Positions 9,350 to 19,705 are shown, numbered from the stretch's first letter. The stretch is 64,000 nucleotides of DNA from Acidobacteriota bacterium (GCA_965263035.1 OZ253580.1:3712001-3776000), one strand, 5' to 3'. Notes: generated by a model from the sequence alone, not told the origin. A program made the numbers and translations.

Positions 9350-9998
9350 CGACGGAACCTATGAGTAGGATGTGTGGGCCTTGGAGGACGCTGCTCAGAA
9401 TCCCGGCCTCGGTCGCTCGACGACGCCGGAACTCACTCGACGTGTATAGAGTCGGGCTCACGCGCCGACCAAGCCTCTTTTCGACAGGGGCCAGGGCAGC
9501 GTAGGTCGCTTCCAACGTCAGTTCATCGGAGACCAGAAGAAGATCGATGTCGCTCGCTGCCGTGTCCGCTTGTTTTGCGACCGATCCATAGAGCAGGGCC
9601 AGTTTGAGTTTGTCCGCGAGCGGCTGGAGCGCGGCGCGAACCGGTTCCTTTAGGCCCACGGTCTTTCTGATGATGCTGCACAGCTCGTGGAACAGAGGCG
9701 AGTCGCGATTTGCCTGGTAGTGTTTCTGGTTGCCGATCCTGGAAACCGTCGCCAAACCGCTCTCGGCGAGGCGGCGCAGTTCGCGTTGAACAGCGCCACG
9801 CCCCGAGCCTGCCAAGGCGATGATCTCGGTGACGAAGAAACTGCGGTCCGGCTGACCGAACAGCAGAGCGAACACGCGCTTTTGCGTCGTCGTGAACAGC
9901 GCATCGGTCAGCGAGGAACCGACAAGTCCGTCGTTCCGCCGCTTCGATGCGAGAGGATACGGGGTGGTTTCCGGGGAGTCCGAATCGTTCATACCCAT
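9339..9998 (-). CDS. Winged-HTH plus minimal nucleotidyltransferase (MNT) antitoxin
   Basis: N-terminal ArsR-like HTH (GRGAVQRELRRLAESGL); polymerase-beta motif LYGSVAK...SDIDLLLV. Confidence 0.85.
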   Translation of the reverse strand: MGMNDSDSPETTPYPLASKRRNDGLVGSSLTDALFTTTQKRVFALLFGQPDRSFFVTEIIALAGSGRGAVQRELRRLAESGLATVSRIGNQKHYQANRDSPLFHELCSIIRKTVGLKEPVRAALQPLADKLKLALLYGSVAKQADTAASDIDLLLVSDELTLEATYAALAPVEKRLGRRVSPTLYTSSEFRRRRATEAGILSSVLQGPHILLIGSVDAA

Positions 9999-10028
9999 TT
10001 CGGGGATAATAGTACCTGAAATGGGTAT
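9991..10028. promoter_or_regulatory. Inverted-repeat operator overlapping the MNT-HEPN promoter/start
   Basis: Perfect 11-bp inverted repeat ATACCCATTTC (9991-10001) / GAAATGGGTAT (10018-10028) around a TACTATTAT -10-like element on the minus strand. Confidence 0.65.
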
Positions 10029-10154
10029 TTCAAGCCGTACACCATACGGACTGGGCCGGTGGATGGCCCCAGTCGTCGCCTATCTCCAGTGCAGCGTCCT
10101 CGACGGTGGATTCAGTGATCAAGACGTGGGCTTGATCGCCGCTTGGCAAATCGT

Positions 10155-10781
10155 TCATGCCGTCGTCTCGATAATAGCGTCGCGGAATCTTGCAAAGCTC
10201 GTCGACCGGTTTCGGATTGGGTCGACGTATACGGCGATTGCGCGAGCCGCTTTCACCTTCCTTAACCCTCCCCTGAAGTAACCGCAACTCTTCATGACTC
10301 TCTCGAACGCCTTCCATGTACCGCCGCGGATCGCGTCGGGATTGCGGTAGGAAGCTCGGTTGGGAATGCCCGGCGACACTCGCGTATAGGCTCTGCATAC
10401 GGCTTTCCAATCGCCGAAATACCACGCCTCCAATTCCTCGATTGCGATGCGGTTGACCACTTGCCACGGACCGCCCCCGGCCCGTGATCGTGAAAGTAGA
10501 CCCGCCTCGGCTGCCATGGTTTCAAGTTGATCCTTCAGCATCCGGCAATCATCGTTATCGCGATCGACCACCACTACAATTCTGTAGTTCTCCGGAATCC
10601 AGTTGGCATAGCCACGCAGGCGATCTCGCAATTTTCTCAGCAGATCTCTCTTGCCCCGAAAAGAATGGATCGAAAACGTAGGACCCGCGGGCAGCAGGGT
10701 CATCAATACCGTCTGCAGAAACGCCTCCATCGACGGCTCCTCAGTCAGTACTTCCAAGTGGTGCGCCCTCGTCTTTCGCAT
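10155..10781 (-). CDS. DUF4276/RloB-like TOPRIM-family protein
   Basis: LTEEPSME (TOPRIM Glu), VVVDRD (DxD), EELEAWYFGD and NRSTSF; lies directly downstream of the AAA ATPase. Confidence 0.8.
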   Translation of the reverse strand: MRKTRAHHLEVLTEEPSMEAFLQTVLMTLLPAGPTFSIHSFRGKRDLLRKLRDRLRGYANWIPENYRIVVVVDRDNDDCRMLKDQLETMAAEAGLLSRSRAGGGPWQVVNRIAIEELEAWYFGDWKAVCRAYTRVSPGIPNRASYRNPDAIRGGTWKAFERVMKSCGYFRGGLRKVKAARAIAVYVDPIRNRSTSFARFRDAIIETTA

Positions 10782-10783
10782 CC

Positions 10784-12013
10784 CTATAGATCCAACTTCG
10801 GCGCACCCTCTTCTACTAGTGGATCGCCCACACGGAACTGGCCCTCCATCCACAAGTCACCGAGTTGCGCGCCAGCTTCCACGAACTCGCGCACGCCGCG
10901 AACCTGATCGACGCAACGCGCCTGCGTGTGACCGTCCTCATCGCGCCACAGAATGCGGACTTCCTTGGGCCGTAGCGCATCGAGAAAAAACGGTGAATGA
11001 GTGGTGACGAGCAATTGGGTGCGCTCGCCGGCCGCACGGCACTCCTCGCACAGTTCGTAGAGCAGCCTCGGGTGCAAAAAGTTTTCCGGCTCCTCGATTC
11101 CGATGAAGGGCGGTGGTTTCGGGTCGTACAGCAGCACGAGATAGGCCAGCATCTTCAAGGTGCCGTCGGAGGCGAAACGGGCTAGCACCGGCCGCATGAA
11201 CGGGGCGTCCTTGATCTGGAGCAATAGCCGGCCGTCCGGCATCGTTTCGGTCAGAACACGCTCGATGCGCGGCACGCGCTTGCGCAGAGTGTGGAAGATG
11301 CGCTCAAGTCGAGATGGATGTCGCTCGCCCAGATACTGGATGACATTGGCGAGATTGTCGCCGGTTCTGGTCAGCCGTTCATGCGGCCCCGCTTCTGGTT
11401 GGCCGCGGGTACTTTCTGCGGAAAGATAGGACACGTACCAACCCATGATGAAATCGCGCAATGCTGCCACGCGCGGGTGTTCCTGAAACTGTCCCAGCGC
11501 ATTGACGGCGATTAGATCGGGTGATTTAAGCGGGATCGGCACCCTTTTGTCTTCCACGTCCGGAGCTTCGCCGCTTGCGGCCCAACCTTCACCATTCCAA
11601 TACGTAACAAATTGAAATGGCGCTCCGTAGCTGCCTCGTTTCCACGCCAGCCATTCGCGGACAACTACTGGCCCGCCGTCCTGCTCATCGATGTCCAGAT
11701 GGTAGGTCATCAGAGGCGTTCCCGGGCGCTCGCGGTATTTGATCTCGATGGTCACTGCTTCCTCGGCGCCACGAGTCTTGAGTTCCTTGGCTCTACCGCG
11801 ACGATCCCAAGCGCGTCGCAAGCCAGCTTCGAAACACTCTGCAAGGAAAGCGAACACGTCGAACACCGTAGACTTGCCGCTTCCGTTGGGGCCAAGCAGC
11901 ACCGTTAACGGTGTCAAGCCCACGAATTCCACCTCTCGTAACGCGCGGAAGTTCCGTACCTTCAGGGACTCGATTCTCGGTGGCGTCGCGTACTGTGAGA
12001 CCGCCTGTTTCAT
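10784..12013 (-). CDS. AAA_21/AAA_15-type ABC ATPase
   Basis: VRNFRAL, Walker A GPNGSGKS, signature ASDGTLK, Walker [12 protein letters not shown] and H-loop TTHSP. Confidence 0.9.
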   Translation of the reverse strand: MKQAVSQYATPPRIESLKVRNFRALREVEFVGLTPLTVLLGPNGSGKSTVFDVFAFLAECFEAGLRRAWDRRGRAKELKTRGAEEAVTIEIKYRERPGTPLMTYHLDIDEQDGGPVVVREWLAWKRGSYGAPFQFVTYWNGEGWAASGEAPDVEDKRVPIPLKSPDLIAVNALGQFQEHPRVAALRDFIMGWYVSYLSAESTRGQPEAGPHERLTRTGDNLANVIQYLGERHPSRLERIFHTLRKRVPRIERVLTETMPDGRLLLQIKDAPFMRPVLARFASDGTLKMLAYLVLLYDPKPPPFIGIEEPENFLHPRLLYELCEECRAAGERTQLLVTTHSPFFLDALRPKEVRILWRDEDGHTQARCVDQVRGVREFVEAGAQLGDLWMEGQFRVGDPLVEEGAPKLDL

Positions 12014-12602
12014 CCCGTTACCTCCGCGCATTTCGAGCCATTCTTGGCCGATGAATCCCGGAAATGAGTCTTCGGTAGCGGCATGTACCGCAGGCCTGAG
12101 ACGGTGCGGGATTCTTCTTCCAATTGGCCCCCACAAGCGAAGAACATTCCTGCCTGTCTTCCCAATTGTTCAACGATCGAAGCACGGGGAATCGTTTGCC
12201 TCATTCCATCGCCCGAGCGGATGCGCCATTCGGCCCACCGCGTTTCGAAACCGTATTCCTGAAGAATCGTGGCAATCTTCGCCGACGTTCAAACAGATCT
12301 CACACACAGAGATAAGGTCCGAATCAAGGTCATCAAACTCCGTCTCGTAGCCGTTCACAACGACCCACATGTTTCGCGGAAAGTTCTGCAATATCCGTAT
12401 CAACCCTCAGACGGTCACGATTTCCCTTCTTCAAGCACTATCCCGTTCGTCCTGACCCCTGTATGTTTCCGGTGAGGCAATTTTACCGGACTGATTAAGG
12501 CATTGCTTCCGATTCCACGTCGGCCCTTACTCCATGAGGCCCTCTGCCGGGATTCCAGCTTCGACGTCGTTGCCTGTGGAGTCCTCTCGGAGATCTGTTA
12601 CC

Positions 12603-12818
12603 CTACGGAAACCTCTTCGATGGAAAGTCCACACAGCCGCGAGAACGGGGATGCCCGTCGGTGACCATGACGGCGAAAGACAGGAAGCCGATAGACCCCC
12701 TCCGGTAGACGACCGCCTCGTTGCCCAACAGATTCCCTCCGCCCAGGAAACGGGCCACAGTCCCCACGATGAAGGCCAGCGCGGCCAGGAATACCAGGAG
12801 GTTGACCAGACGATTCAT
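12603..12818 (-). pseudogene. Small membrane protein (copy 2) with disrupted 3' end
   Basis: 36 of the first 50 aa are identical to copy 1 and the upstream GGGGAGCTTC is shared; homology breaks at about 12668 and an unrelated tail follows. Confidence 0.65.
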
Positions 12819-12937
12819 TGAAGCTCCCCTTTTTCCAGGGTGGCGCCGGAGCCCTTACGGCTACGGTACCGGGACGAACAGATGTTCATTGGCATGACTC
12901 CACGGGCCAGCCTGGCTCTCCCGGACACGATTCCGCG

Positions 12938-12966
12938 TTGCATTTGCTTCTGCTCCGTATGATAAT
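12938..12966 (+). promoter_or_regulatory. Sigma70-type promoter of dinJ-yafQ
   Basis: TTGCAT (12938-12943), 17-nt spacer, GATAAT (12961-12966); AAGGAG RBS follows. Confidence 0.65.
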
Positions 12967-12996
12967 GTCATGCACAATATCAAAGGAGAATCAGTC

Positions 12997-13260
12997 ATGG
13001 CTGCAAATCAACTCGTCCAGGCCCGCATCGACGGGGCCGTCAAGGAAGAGGCGGCCGCCGTGCTGGCCGCGATAGGCTTGACGGTTTCCGATGCGGTGCG
13101 GCTGCTGTTGACCAAGGTTGCACAGGAAAAGAGACTGCCGTTCGCGCCGCTGATTCCAAACGAAGCCACCATCGAGGCAATGAAGGAAGCCCGAAAGGGC
13201 GGTCTTCCTCAGTTCGACAACGTGCAGGCCCTGATGGACGACCTGCATGCGCAAGATTGA
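12997..13260 (+). CDS. dinJ: RelB/DinJ family antitoxin
   Basis: VQARID...GLTVSDAVRLLL...LPF...PNEATIEAM; overlaps the toxin start. Confidence 0.9.
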   Translation: MAANQLVQARIDGAVKEEAAAVLAAIGLTVSDAVRLLLTKVAQEKRLPFAPLIPNEATIEAMKEARKGGLPQFDNVQALMDDLHAQD

Positions 13261-13528
13261 GCGCACCAGCCAGTTCAAGCGCGATTACAAACGCGAGGCC
13301 AAGGGCCGGCATCGGGCGTCACTGGACGCTGCGTTGGTGCCCCTCCTGGTGGCCTTGGCCGCTGACCGGCCATTGGAACCCAGGCACCACGACCATTCGT
13401 TGAGCGGCAACTGGAAGGATCACCGCGATTGCCATGTGAAGCCCGATTTGGTGCTGATTTACCTGAAACCCGGCACCGGCACGTTGCGGCTGGTTCGCCT
13501 CGGGTCCCATTCGGAACTCGGGCTTTGA
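13247..13528 (+). CDS. yafQ: YafQ family mRNA interferase toxin
   Basis: TSQFKRDYK, DHSLSGNW, RDCHVKPDLVLIY and RLGSHSEL. Confidence 0.92.
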   Translation: MRKIERTSQFKRDYKREAKGRHRASLDAALVPLLVALAADRPLEPRHHDHSLSGNWKDHRDCHVKPDLVLIYLKPGTGTLRLVRLGSHSELGL

Positions 13529-13586
13529 CTAGCTCCGTGCGATCATCCCGCCCCGGGTAAGAAATGCGGACTGTTAAGGAGACACA

Positions 13587-15083
13587 ATGATCAGATCAAG
13601 TTGCCGCCGGGGCTGCGGGGGCCGGTCTCGGGCCGGGAGTCCGGGCATCTTTCTCCCGATCCTGATGTTCCTCGTTTCACAACCGCACAATGCGGCCGGT
13701 GAACCGGTCCGGGACATCGGCTCCCGGTTGGAGCTTTTCCTTGACGACTACGTGATCGACCGCCTGCAAGGCGCCCGCCTCAAGCTTCACAGCCCCCGGT
13801 CCAAGGGCATCGTGCTGCGTTTCGATCAGCCTTGGGAAGGAGAGTTTTCCGGATTTCCCAGGATCGTCGGCGACGCCGGCGTCTACCGCATGTACTACCG
13901 GGGTCTCCCGCCCTGGAAGAAAGGGGAACCGCTGGTGGAATCCACCTGCGTGGCCGTGAGCCGTGACGGCATTCACTGGGAGAAGCCCAACGTGGGACGG
14001 ATCGAACTCCTGGGCTCGACCCGGAACAACGCCATCTTCGTGGGGAGCGGGTTCGCTCCCTTTCTGGATACCCGTCCCGGGGTGCCCCATTCCCAGCGCC
14101 TCAAGGCGCTCAAGGCGCCCCCCCGGTTGAAGACCGAGATCGGCGTCAGGGCCTACGTCTCCCCCGACGGGGTCCATTGGGAGGAGATGCACGATGCCTA
14201 TCCCGGGGACCGGTTGGGAAGCGTCTTTTGGAGCCCGGTGGAAGATCGCTACGTCCAGTACGTCCGGTCCGACGACGAGAGGAGCGGAGAGCTGATCCGT
14301 TCCGTCAGCCGGGCCACCTCCTCGGATTTCATGACCTGGGGGGAGTTCTCCTTCATGGACTTCGGTTCGAACGGCCCGACCCGGGAGGAGCAGCTTTACA
14401 CAGTCGGCGTCCGTCCCTATTTTCGGGCGCCCCACATCTACCTGGCGCTGGCCGCCCGTTTTCTGCCCAACAAGAGGTCTCTTACCGACGAAGAGTGCCG
14501 AGAATTGGGACGGCATCCGTTGGGAGGCGGTTGCAGCAGCATCGCCGAGGGCGTTTTGCTGAGCATCCGCGCCTCCGAGCCCAACCGGATTCGGTGGACG
14601 TTCCCGGAAGCCTTCGTCCGGCCGGGGCTGGAAGCCAGCAGTTGGAGCGCCAGGACCAACTACCCGGGGAAGGGCTTCATCGCCACCTCGGAGGAGGAGA
14701 TCTCCTTCTACGTCCAGCGGGACTACGGATTCAAGACCAATGGTCTGGAACGCTTCGTGGTGCGGACCGACGGTTTCACCTCGGTTCGGGCGCCTTACGG
14801 CGGCGGCGAATTCCTGACCCGGCCCCTGCGATTCTCGGGAAACGAGCTGGTCCTGAACTACGCGACATCGGCGGCGGGCGGGATTCGCATCGAGGTCCAG
14901 GACCGAAAAGGTCAGCCGATCCCGGGACGGACCCTCGACGACTGCCCGGAGATCATCGGCGACGAGATCGAGCGGGTGGTGCGTTGGAAAGAGGGGGCCG
15001 GTCTGGGCCGGCTCCAGGGGACGGTCGTCCGTTTGCGCTTCGTGATGAAGGACGCCGATCTCTATTCGATCCGATTCCGCTGA
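13587..15083 (+). CDS. Exported five-bladed beta-propeller glycoside hydrolase-like protein
   Basis: ELFLDDY, YRMYY, Asp-box-like SRDGIHW/SPDGVHW/SSDFMTW and C-terminal LRFVMKDADLYSIRF beta-sandwich. Confidence 0.6.
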   Translation: MIRSSCRRGCGGRSRAGSPGIFLPILMFLVSQPHNAAGEPVRDIGSRLELFLDDYVIDRLQGARLKLHSPRSKGIVLRFDQPWEGEFSGFPRIVGDAGVYRMYYRGLPPWKKGEPLVESTCVAVSRDGIHWEKPNVGRIELLGSTRNNAIFVGSGFAPFLDTRPGVPHSQRLKALKAPPRLKTEIGVRAYVSPDGVHWEEMHDAYPGDRLGSVFWSPVEDRYVQYVRSDDERSGELIRSVSRATSSDFMTWGEFSFMDFGSNGPTREEQLYTVGVRPYFRAPHIYLALAARFLPNKRSLTDEECRELGRHPLGGGCSSIAEGVLLSIRASEPNRIRWTFPEAFVRPGLEASSWSARTNYPGKGFIATSEEEISFYVQRDYGFKTNGLERFVVRTDGFTSVRAPYGGGEFLTRPLRFSGNELVLNYATSAAGGIRIEVQDRKGQPIPGRTLDDCPEIIGDEIERVVRWKEGAGLGRLQGTVVRLRFVMKDADLYSIRFR

Positions 15084-15089
15084 ATCGCC

Positions 15090-16658
15090 ATGGGTTTCAC
15101 CAGAAAATCTGAATTGGATCGACGCAGCTTTCTGGCCGGTTCCACCGCGGCCCTGGCGGCGGGGCGGGGACTGCTGGGCCGGGAACGCACCTCTCAGGAG
15201 CGGAAGCCGGGTTACCGCATCGTCTACAACGACGATTCCAATGCTCCGATCCTGATGTCCGAGAGCCTGGAGCACTTCCTGGAGCTGGCCGTCGATCGTT
15301 TTCGGGATACCCAGGTGGACGCCCTCTTCTGGAACGTCATCTCCAGCGACGTGCTCCACTATCCCTCGGAAGTGGCCGAGATGGTGGGCGCTCACCTGGA
15401 ACGATTCGAATCGGCTGGCTACTTCCAGTGGTATCAGCGCCTGATGAAGATCATCGACGAGCGGCCCGACTATCTCCAGGCCATGGCCGACCGGGCCCGG
15501 GCCAGGGGCCTGGAGTTCTTCGCCTCGCTGCGGATGAACGATTGTCACGAAAGCCCGGTCTGGAAGGCGATGGACACATACAGCCGGTACCGGAAAGAGC
15601 ATCCTCAGTTTCTGCTGGGAGACTCGGTCCACCCCGGCTTCAGCACCGGATTCGATTTTGCACATGAAGAGGTCCGTGAGCGCCGCTACCGGATCATCGA
15701 GGAACTGGCTACTCGATATCGGCTCGACGGCATCGAGCTGGACTTCTTGCGGCATCCGGCCTATTTCAAACCGGACGAGGCCTACCGGAACCGGCATCTC
15801 ATCACCGGCCTGGTCCGCCGGGTTCGGGAACTGCTGGATCGGCATCAGGAGGAGACGGGCCGCCGGGTCCGGCTTGCGGTCCGGGTCGCCACGCCGATGG
15901 AGATCTCGAAACGCATGGGCCTCGACGTGGAGACCTGGATCCGGGAAGGACTGCCCGACCTGGTCATCGCCGCCACGCCCCGAGGCTTCGAGCTGAGCCT
16001 TCCCCTGGAAAAGTATGTGGAAGCGGTTCGAGACCGCCCCATCACCCTGCTGGCTCAGTTGGGCTGGCACCAGCCGCTGAAGGAAGCCCGCGGCGCGGCC
16101 TTGAACTTCTGGGACCAGGGGGCCGACGGGATCTATCTCTTCAACTGGTACTCGCGGAAGGACCGGCGTCACGAATCGTTGGGGGAAATCGGCGATCCCG
16201 GCCTTTTGCGGCGGCGGGACAAGGTCTATCCGGTCCATTCCCAGGAGGGAGATCTGTGGGCCGGCACCCACCCTCCCGCCCAACTTCCCTTGAGCTTGTC
16301 CCTCGCTCCTCCGGAGGGCGGGGTTGAAATCCAGCTCAGGATCGGGGACGACGTGACCGCTGAGGTTGCAGCCGGACGCCTCAGGAGTGCCCGGCTACGG
16401 ATGCGGTTCGAGGAGATTCATTCCGCGGACAGGGTGGAAGTGTTGCTGAACGGAGTCGCCCTGGCGCCTGAGACCGGCAAGCTCAGGATCGACGACGCTC
16501 ACATGTACATCTGGAAGTACTGGATCGAGTATGAGTTGCCGGTTCCTCCGCTGCGGGCTGGAATCAACCGTTTTCAAATCCGGCTCGCTCACCGGAACCC
16601 CCGACTGGACGGGCCGGTAGCCCTGGTGGAGTTGAAGGTAGAGATGGATTACCGGTAG
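15090..16658 (+). CDS. Tat-exported TIM-barrel glycoside hydrolase-like protein (GHL10-like), paralog 1
   Basis: DRRSFLAG signal; YNDD, SLRMNDCH, DGIELDFLR and GADGIYLFN. Confidence 0.65.
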   Translation: MGFTRKSELDRRSFLAGSTAALAAGRGLLGRERTSQERKPGYRIVYNDDSNAPILMSESLEHFLELAVDRFRDTQVDALFWNVISSDVLHYPSEVAEMVGAHLERFESAGYFQWYQRLMKIIDERPDYLQAMADRARARGLEFFASLRMNDCHESPVWKAMDTYSRYRKEHPQFLLGDSVHPGFSTGFDFAHEEVRERRYRIIEELATRYRLDGIELDFLRHPAYFKPDEAYRNRHLITGLVRRVRELLDRHQEETGRRVRLAVRVATPMEISKRMGLDVETWIREGLPDLVIAATPRGFELSLPLEKYVEAVRDRPITLLAQLGWHQPLKEARGAALNFWDQGADGIYLFNWYSRKDRRHESLGEIGDPGLLRRRDKVYPVHSQEGDLWAGTHPPAQLPLSLSLAPPEGGVEIQLRIGDDVTAEVAAGRLRSARLRMRFEEIHSADRVEVLLNGVALAPETGKLRIDDAHMYIWKYWIEYELPVPPLRAGINRFQIRLAHRNPRLDGPVALVELKVEMDYR

Positions 16659-16751
16659 CCAGGAAAGAGGAAAGAGGGGGTTGGTGGCGGGGCAGTTTGC
16701 CGTGGGTTGTCTTCAGTTGCAGTATGTAAGCAAGGGAAAAGGAGATTGATC

Positions 16752-17972
16752 ATGATCCGACGGGATTTTCTGAAGACCGCGGCGGGGACGGCAGCCGCAT
16801 TGGGCACGGGGTCCTCCGCCGCGTCTGCGGCCGAGACGGCAGGAACGACCTATCGAGCCGGCGTCATCGGCCTGGGTTGGACCGGAGTCCTCTACGATCT
16901 GGCCGGTCGGGGTGGTGAACACCGGCAGGGAACCCATTGGGACCCGGCCTACGACCTGGAGGGAGACCGTCCCACGCCCGGCGAGATCGACGTTCACCGG
17001 AAGTTCTACCACCACGATCACCCGGGCAACGAGGGACTTCCCATTTCCTACTCGGAAGCGCTTCACTCCCGTCCCGAAGTGGAGCTGGTGGCGGGAGCGG
17101 AACGGGACCGGAAACGGCTGGCGATCTTCGGGGAGCGCTATGGAATCGAGGCACTCTATACCGACGCCATCGAGATGCTGCGCCATGAACGGCTGGACAT
17201 CGTCGCGGTCTGCACCAACGTCAAGGGCCGGTCCTTCCTGACCTGCGCCGCGGTGGAGCACGGGGCCAAGGCGGTGATCACGGAGAAGCCCATGGTCTTC
17301 ACCCTGGAGGAGGCGGACCGGATGGTCCAAGCCTGTGCCGACCGGGGCGTTCCCCTGGTAGCTGGAGCTATCAGCACGGTCCATCCCTCCTTTGAGAAGG
17401 CCAAGCAATTGGTACGGGACGGGACCATCGGAGAGGTGGTTTCCATCGAGGCCGGCTTCTACCTCTCCCAGCATCAGAACTGGACCTACTTCATCGACAG
17501 TCCGCCCGCCTGGGTGAGCGGCACCGGGGATCTTCCCCGCCTGGAGAACGGCAGCGACGAGTTCAGGGGCCAGGGAATGATGGTGACGCGGAAGGGGCAG
17601 GTGGTCCACTACCGGCCCGGCGGTCCCATGCTCCGGGTCAGCGGGTCGAAGGGGGAGATCACATTCGACCGCATTGAAGGAGGATGGAGGATCTGGCGGG
17701 GCGTGGAGTCTCTGACCGGCCGGACGCGGCGAGTCGAAGTCCCCTGGCCCGATCCCAAGTTCGTGGGTTCCTATGGAGCCGTGAACTGCCTCGACGACGC
17801 CCTGCGGTGCCTGGCCGGAGACCTGGACGAACCCAAGAACTCGGGCCGCCGCGTGGCTCAGGCCATCGAGGTGGAGATTGCCCTCAAGCTTTCCTCGGAT
17901 CGTGGCGGCGAGCGGGTGGAACTGCCCCTGGCCGACCGGTCGCTGGGCCTGAAATACGCTTGGTTCCGTTGA
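16752..17972 (+). CDS. Gfo/Idh/MocA family oxidoreductase with Tat signal
   Basis: IRRDFLKTAA; GVIGLGWTG Rossmann motif; TEKPM; AAGGAG RBS. Confidence 0.85.
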   Translation: MIRRDFLKTAAGTAAALGTGSSAASAAETAGTTYRAGVIGLGWTGVLYDLAGRGGEHRQGTHWDPAYDLEGDRPTPGEIDVHRKFYHHDHPGNEGLPISYSEALHSRPEVELVAGAERDRKRLAIFGERYGIEALYTDAIEMLRHERLDIVAVCTNVKGRSFLTCAAVEHGAKAVITEKPMVFTLEEADRMVQACADRGVPLVAGAISTVHPSFEKAKQLVRDGTIGEVVSIEAGFYLSQHQNWTYFIDSPPAWVSGTGDLPRLENGSDEFRGQGMMVTRKGQVVHYRPGGPMLRVSGSKGEITFDRIEGGWRIWRGVESLTGRTRRVEVPWPDPKFVGSYGAVNCLDDALRCLAGDLDEPKNSGRRVAQAIEVEIALKLSSDRGGERVELPLADRSLGLKYAWFR

Positions 17973-17997
17973 GAAATAGAGAGTTGGACGACCAAGT

Positions 17998-19701
17998 ATG
18001 AAACGTAGGCGCTTCTTTCTGACCGCCCTGACCGCTGGACTCTCCTCGCGCCTGACCAAGGCTCGCGGCGAGACGGCTCGCAAGAGCCGGAGCCCGTCGG
18101 GCTCTCCGATACCCCGGATCATGTTCACCCACGACAGTCGCCACCCGGCCGTCTACATGTACGAACCCCCCATGGAGCGGGAGGAGTTCGAGGCGGCGGT
18201 GGACGAGCTGGCGGGGACCCCCGTGGACGCCCTGATGTTCGGGCTGGCCGACGGCCGGACCTTCTTTCACGACACCAAGGTGGGTGAGACCTGGGGAGAC
18301 CCGGTGCGGAAGTGGCCCCACCTGATCTTTCGGCGGGCGCGCCAGAACGTCAAGATGATGTTGGCTCGGGGCCAGGACCCGCTCCGCATCGTCTGCGAAC
18401 GGGCCCGGGCCAAGGGAATGCTCCTGTACCCGACCCTGTTGGTCAATCAGGGAATGACGGGAACGACTCCGGAAGACGACGTGAGGGCTTCCAGCTTCCG
18501 CTGGGAGAACCGCCACCTCGAAATCGGCGCCGCCGGGGACCTGGAAGAATTTCCGGGGAAGACCCACCTGGATTTCAAGCATGAAGCGGTCCGGAGGGAG
18601 CGGTTGGCCGTGATTCGGGAGGTGTTGAACAACTACCCCGTCGATGGATTCGAGTTCCAGCTCAATTACGCTGGACCCTACTTTTTTCACCCTGATCAGG
18701 TCGCTGCCGGCCGCGACATCATGTCGTCCTGGGTGGCTCAGGTCCACGAGGCGGTGAAGGCCAGCGGTGAGGATCGGCATTTGGTGATCACGGTCCCCGT
18801 CGACTTGGACCGGGCCTACAGCCGGGGGTTGCACGTGCTCCGGTGGATCCGCGACGGAAGCGTCGATGTCCTGGTGGGAGCGTCCCACAACTCCATGGAT
18901 CATGTGGCCGACTTCCGGCCTCTGGTCAAGGCGGCCCGGGGCTCCTCTTGCCGGGTTTACGCGGCTCTCAACGGACAGGTCTACTCGGACCGGCTCCAGA
19001 ACGCCGACACTACTCTCACGCGTGCAGGGGCCTGCAACTACTGGGCCCAAGGCGTAGACGGGCTCTACCTGGATCAGTGGTTTGCCCGCTGGCCCTACCA
19101 GGCCTCCTTCTATGAGCAACTCCGGGAGATGCCCCACCCGGACGTGATGGCCGCCAAGGACAAGTTCTACTACGTGCCGACCCGGGCCGGGACCCGGCTC
19201 CGCTCCCACGAGCCGGAATTACCCCTTCCCCGGAAGCTGGAGACGGAAAGGCCGGTCGCGGTCGATTTGGAGATCGCGGACGACCTGCCCCGCTGGGATC
19301 GGGTCGGCCGCGTCCACGAAGTGCTGCTTCGCCTCCGGATCACGGGGACGACCGAACTGGACCGGTTGGGGTTCAGGCTCAACGGCCAGGTCCTGCCCCG
19401 GGAGCAGATGAGGAAGATCAACCAGATCTACACCATGAGGGCTCCGAGGCGACAGAGGGTCGTCGGTTACTGGTTCGTCTTTCGTCCGGACCGGGAACGG
19501 TGGCCACGGCAGGGAAGGAATCGGATCGAAGTGACCCTCTTGGAACGGGACCCGGAGGTGACACCGCCCATCGAGCTCCGGGACGTCGAGTTGGAGATCC
19601 GGTACCTGCGGGGGAAAAATGCCGGGAGGGGACGGGACCCGGACGATCTGGGCAAAAACGAAACCACCGTCCGCTTGGGGCCGGGGTCTCATCTGGTCTG
19701 A
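17998..19701 (+). CDS. Tat-exported TIM-barrel glycoside hydrolase-like protein, paralog 2
   Basis: KRRRFFL signal; FTHDSRH, DFKHEAVR, DGFEFQL and WAQGVDGLYL. Confidence 0.6.
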   Translation: MKRRRFFLTALTAGLSSRLTKARGETARKSRSPSGSPIPRIMFTHDSRHPAVYMYEPPMEREEFEAAVDELAGTPVDALMFGLADGRTFFHDTKVGETWGDPVRKWPHLIFRRARQNVKMMLARGQDPLRIVCERARAKGMLLYPTLLVNQGMTGTTPEDDVRASSFRWENRHLEIGAAGDLEEFPGKTHLDFKHEAVRRERLAVIREVLNNYPVDGFEFQLNYAGPYFFHPDQVAAGRDIMSSWVAQVHEAVKASGEDRHLVITVPVDLDRAYSRGLHVLRWIRDGSVDVLVGASHNSMDHVADFRPLVKAARGSSCRVYAALNGQVYSDRLQNADTTLTRAGACNYWAQGVDGLYLDQWFARWPYQASFYEQLREMPHPDVMAAKDKFYYVPTRAGTRLRSHEPELPLPRKLETERPVAVDLEIADDLPRWDRVGRVHEVLLRLRITGTTELDRLGFRLNGQVLPREQMRKINQIYTMRAPRRQRVVGYWFVFRPDRERWPRQGRNRIEVTLLERDPEVTPPIELRDVELEIRYLRGKNAGRGRDPDDLGKNETTVRLGPGSHLV

Positions 19702-19705
19702 GCTT

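Noticed and set aside
12010-12660. Short minus-strand ORFs upstream of the ATPase, one frame containing ACGTCRY
   Set aside because: Fragmented frames with no identifiable family; probably a decayed gene, cannot be called.
8830-13530. Integron cassette array or prophage explanation for the TA cluster
   Set aside because: No attC-like sites, integrase or phage genes recognised.
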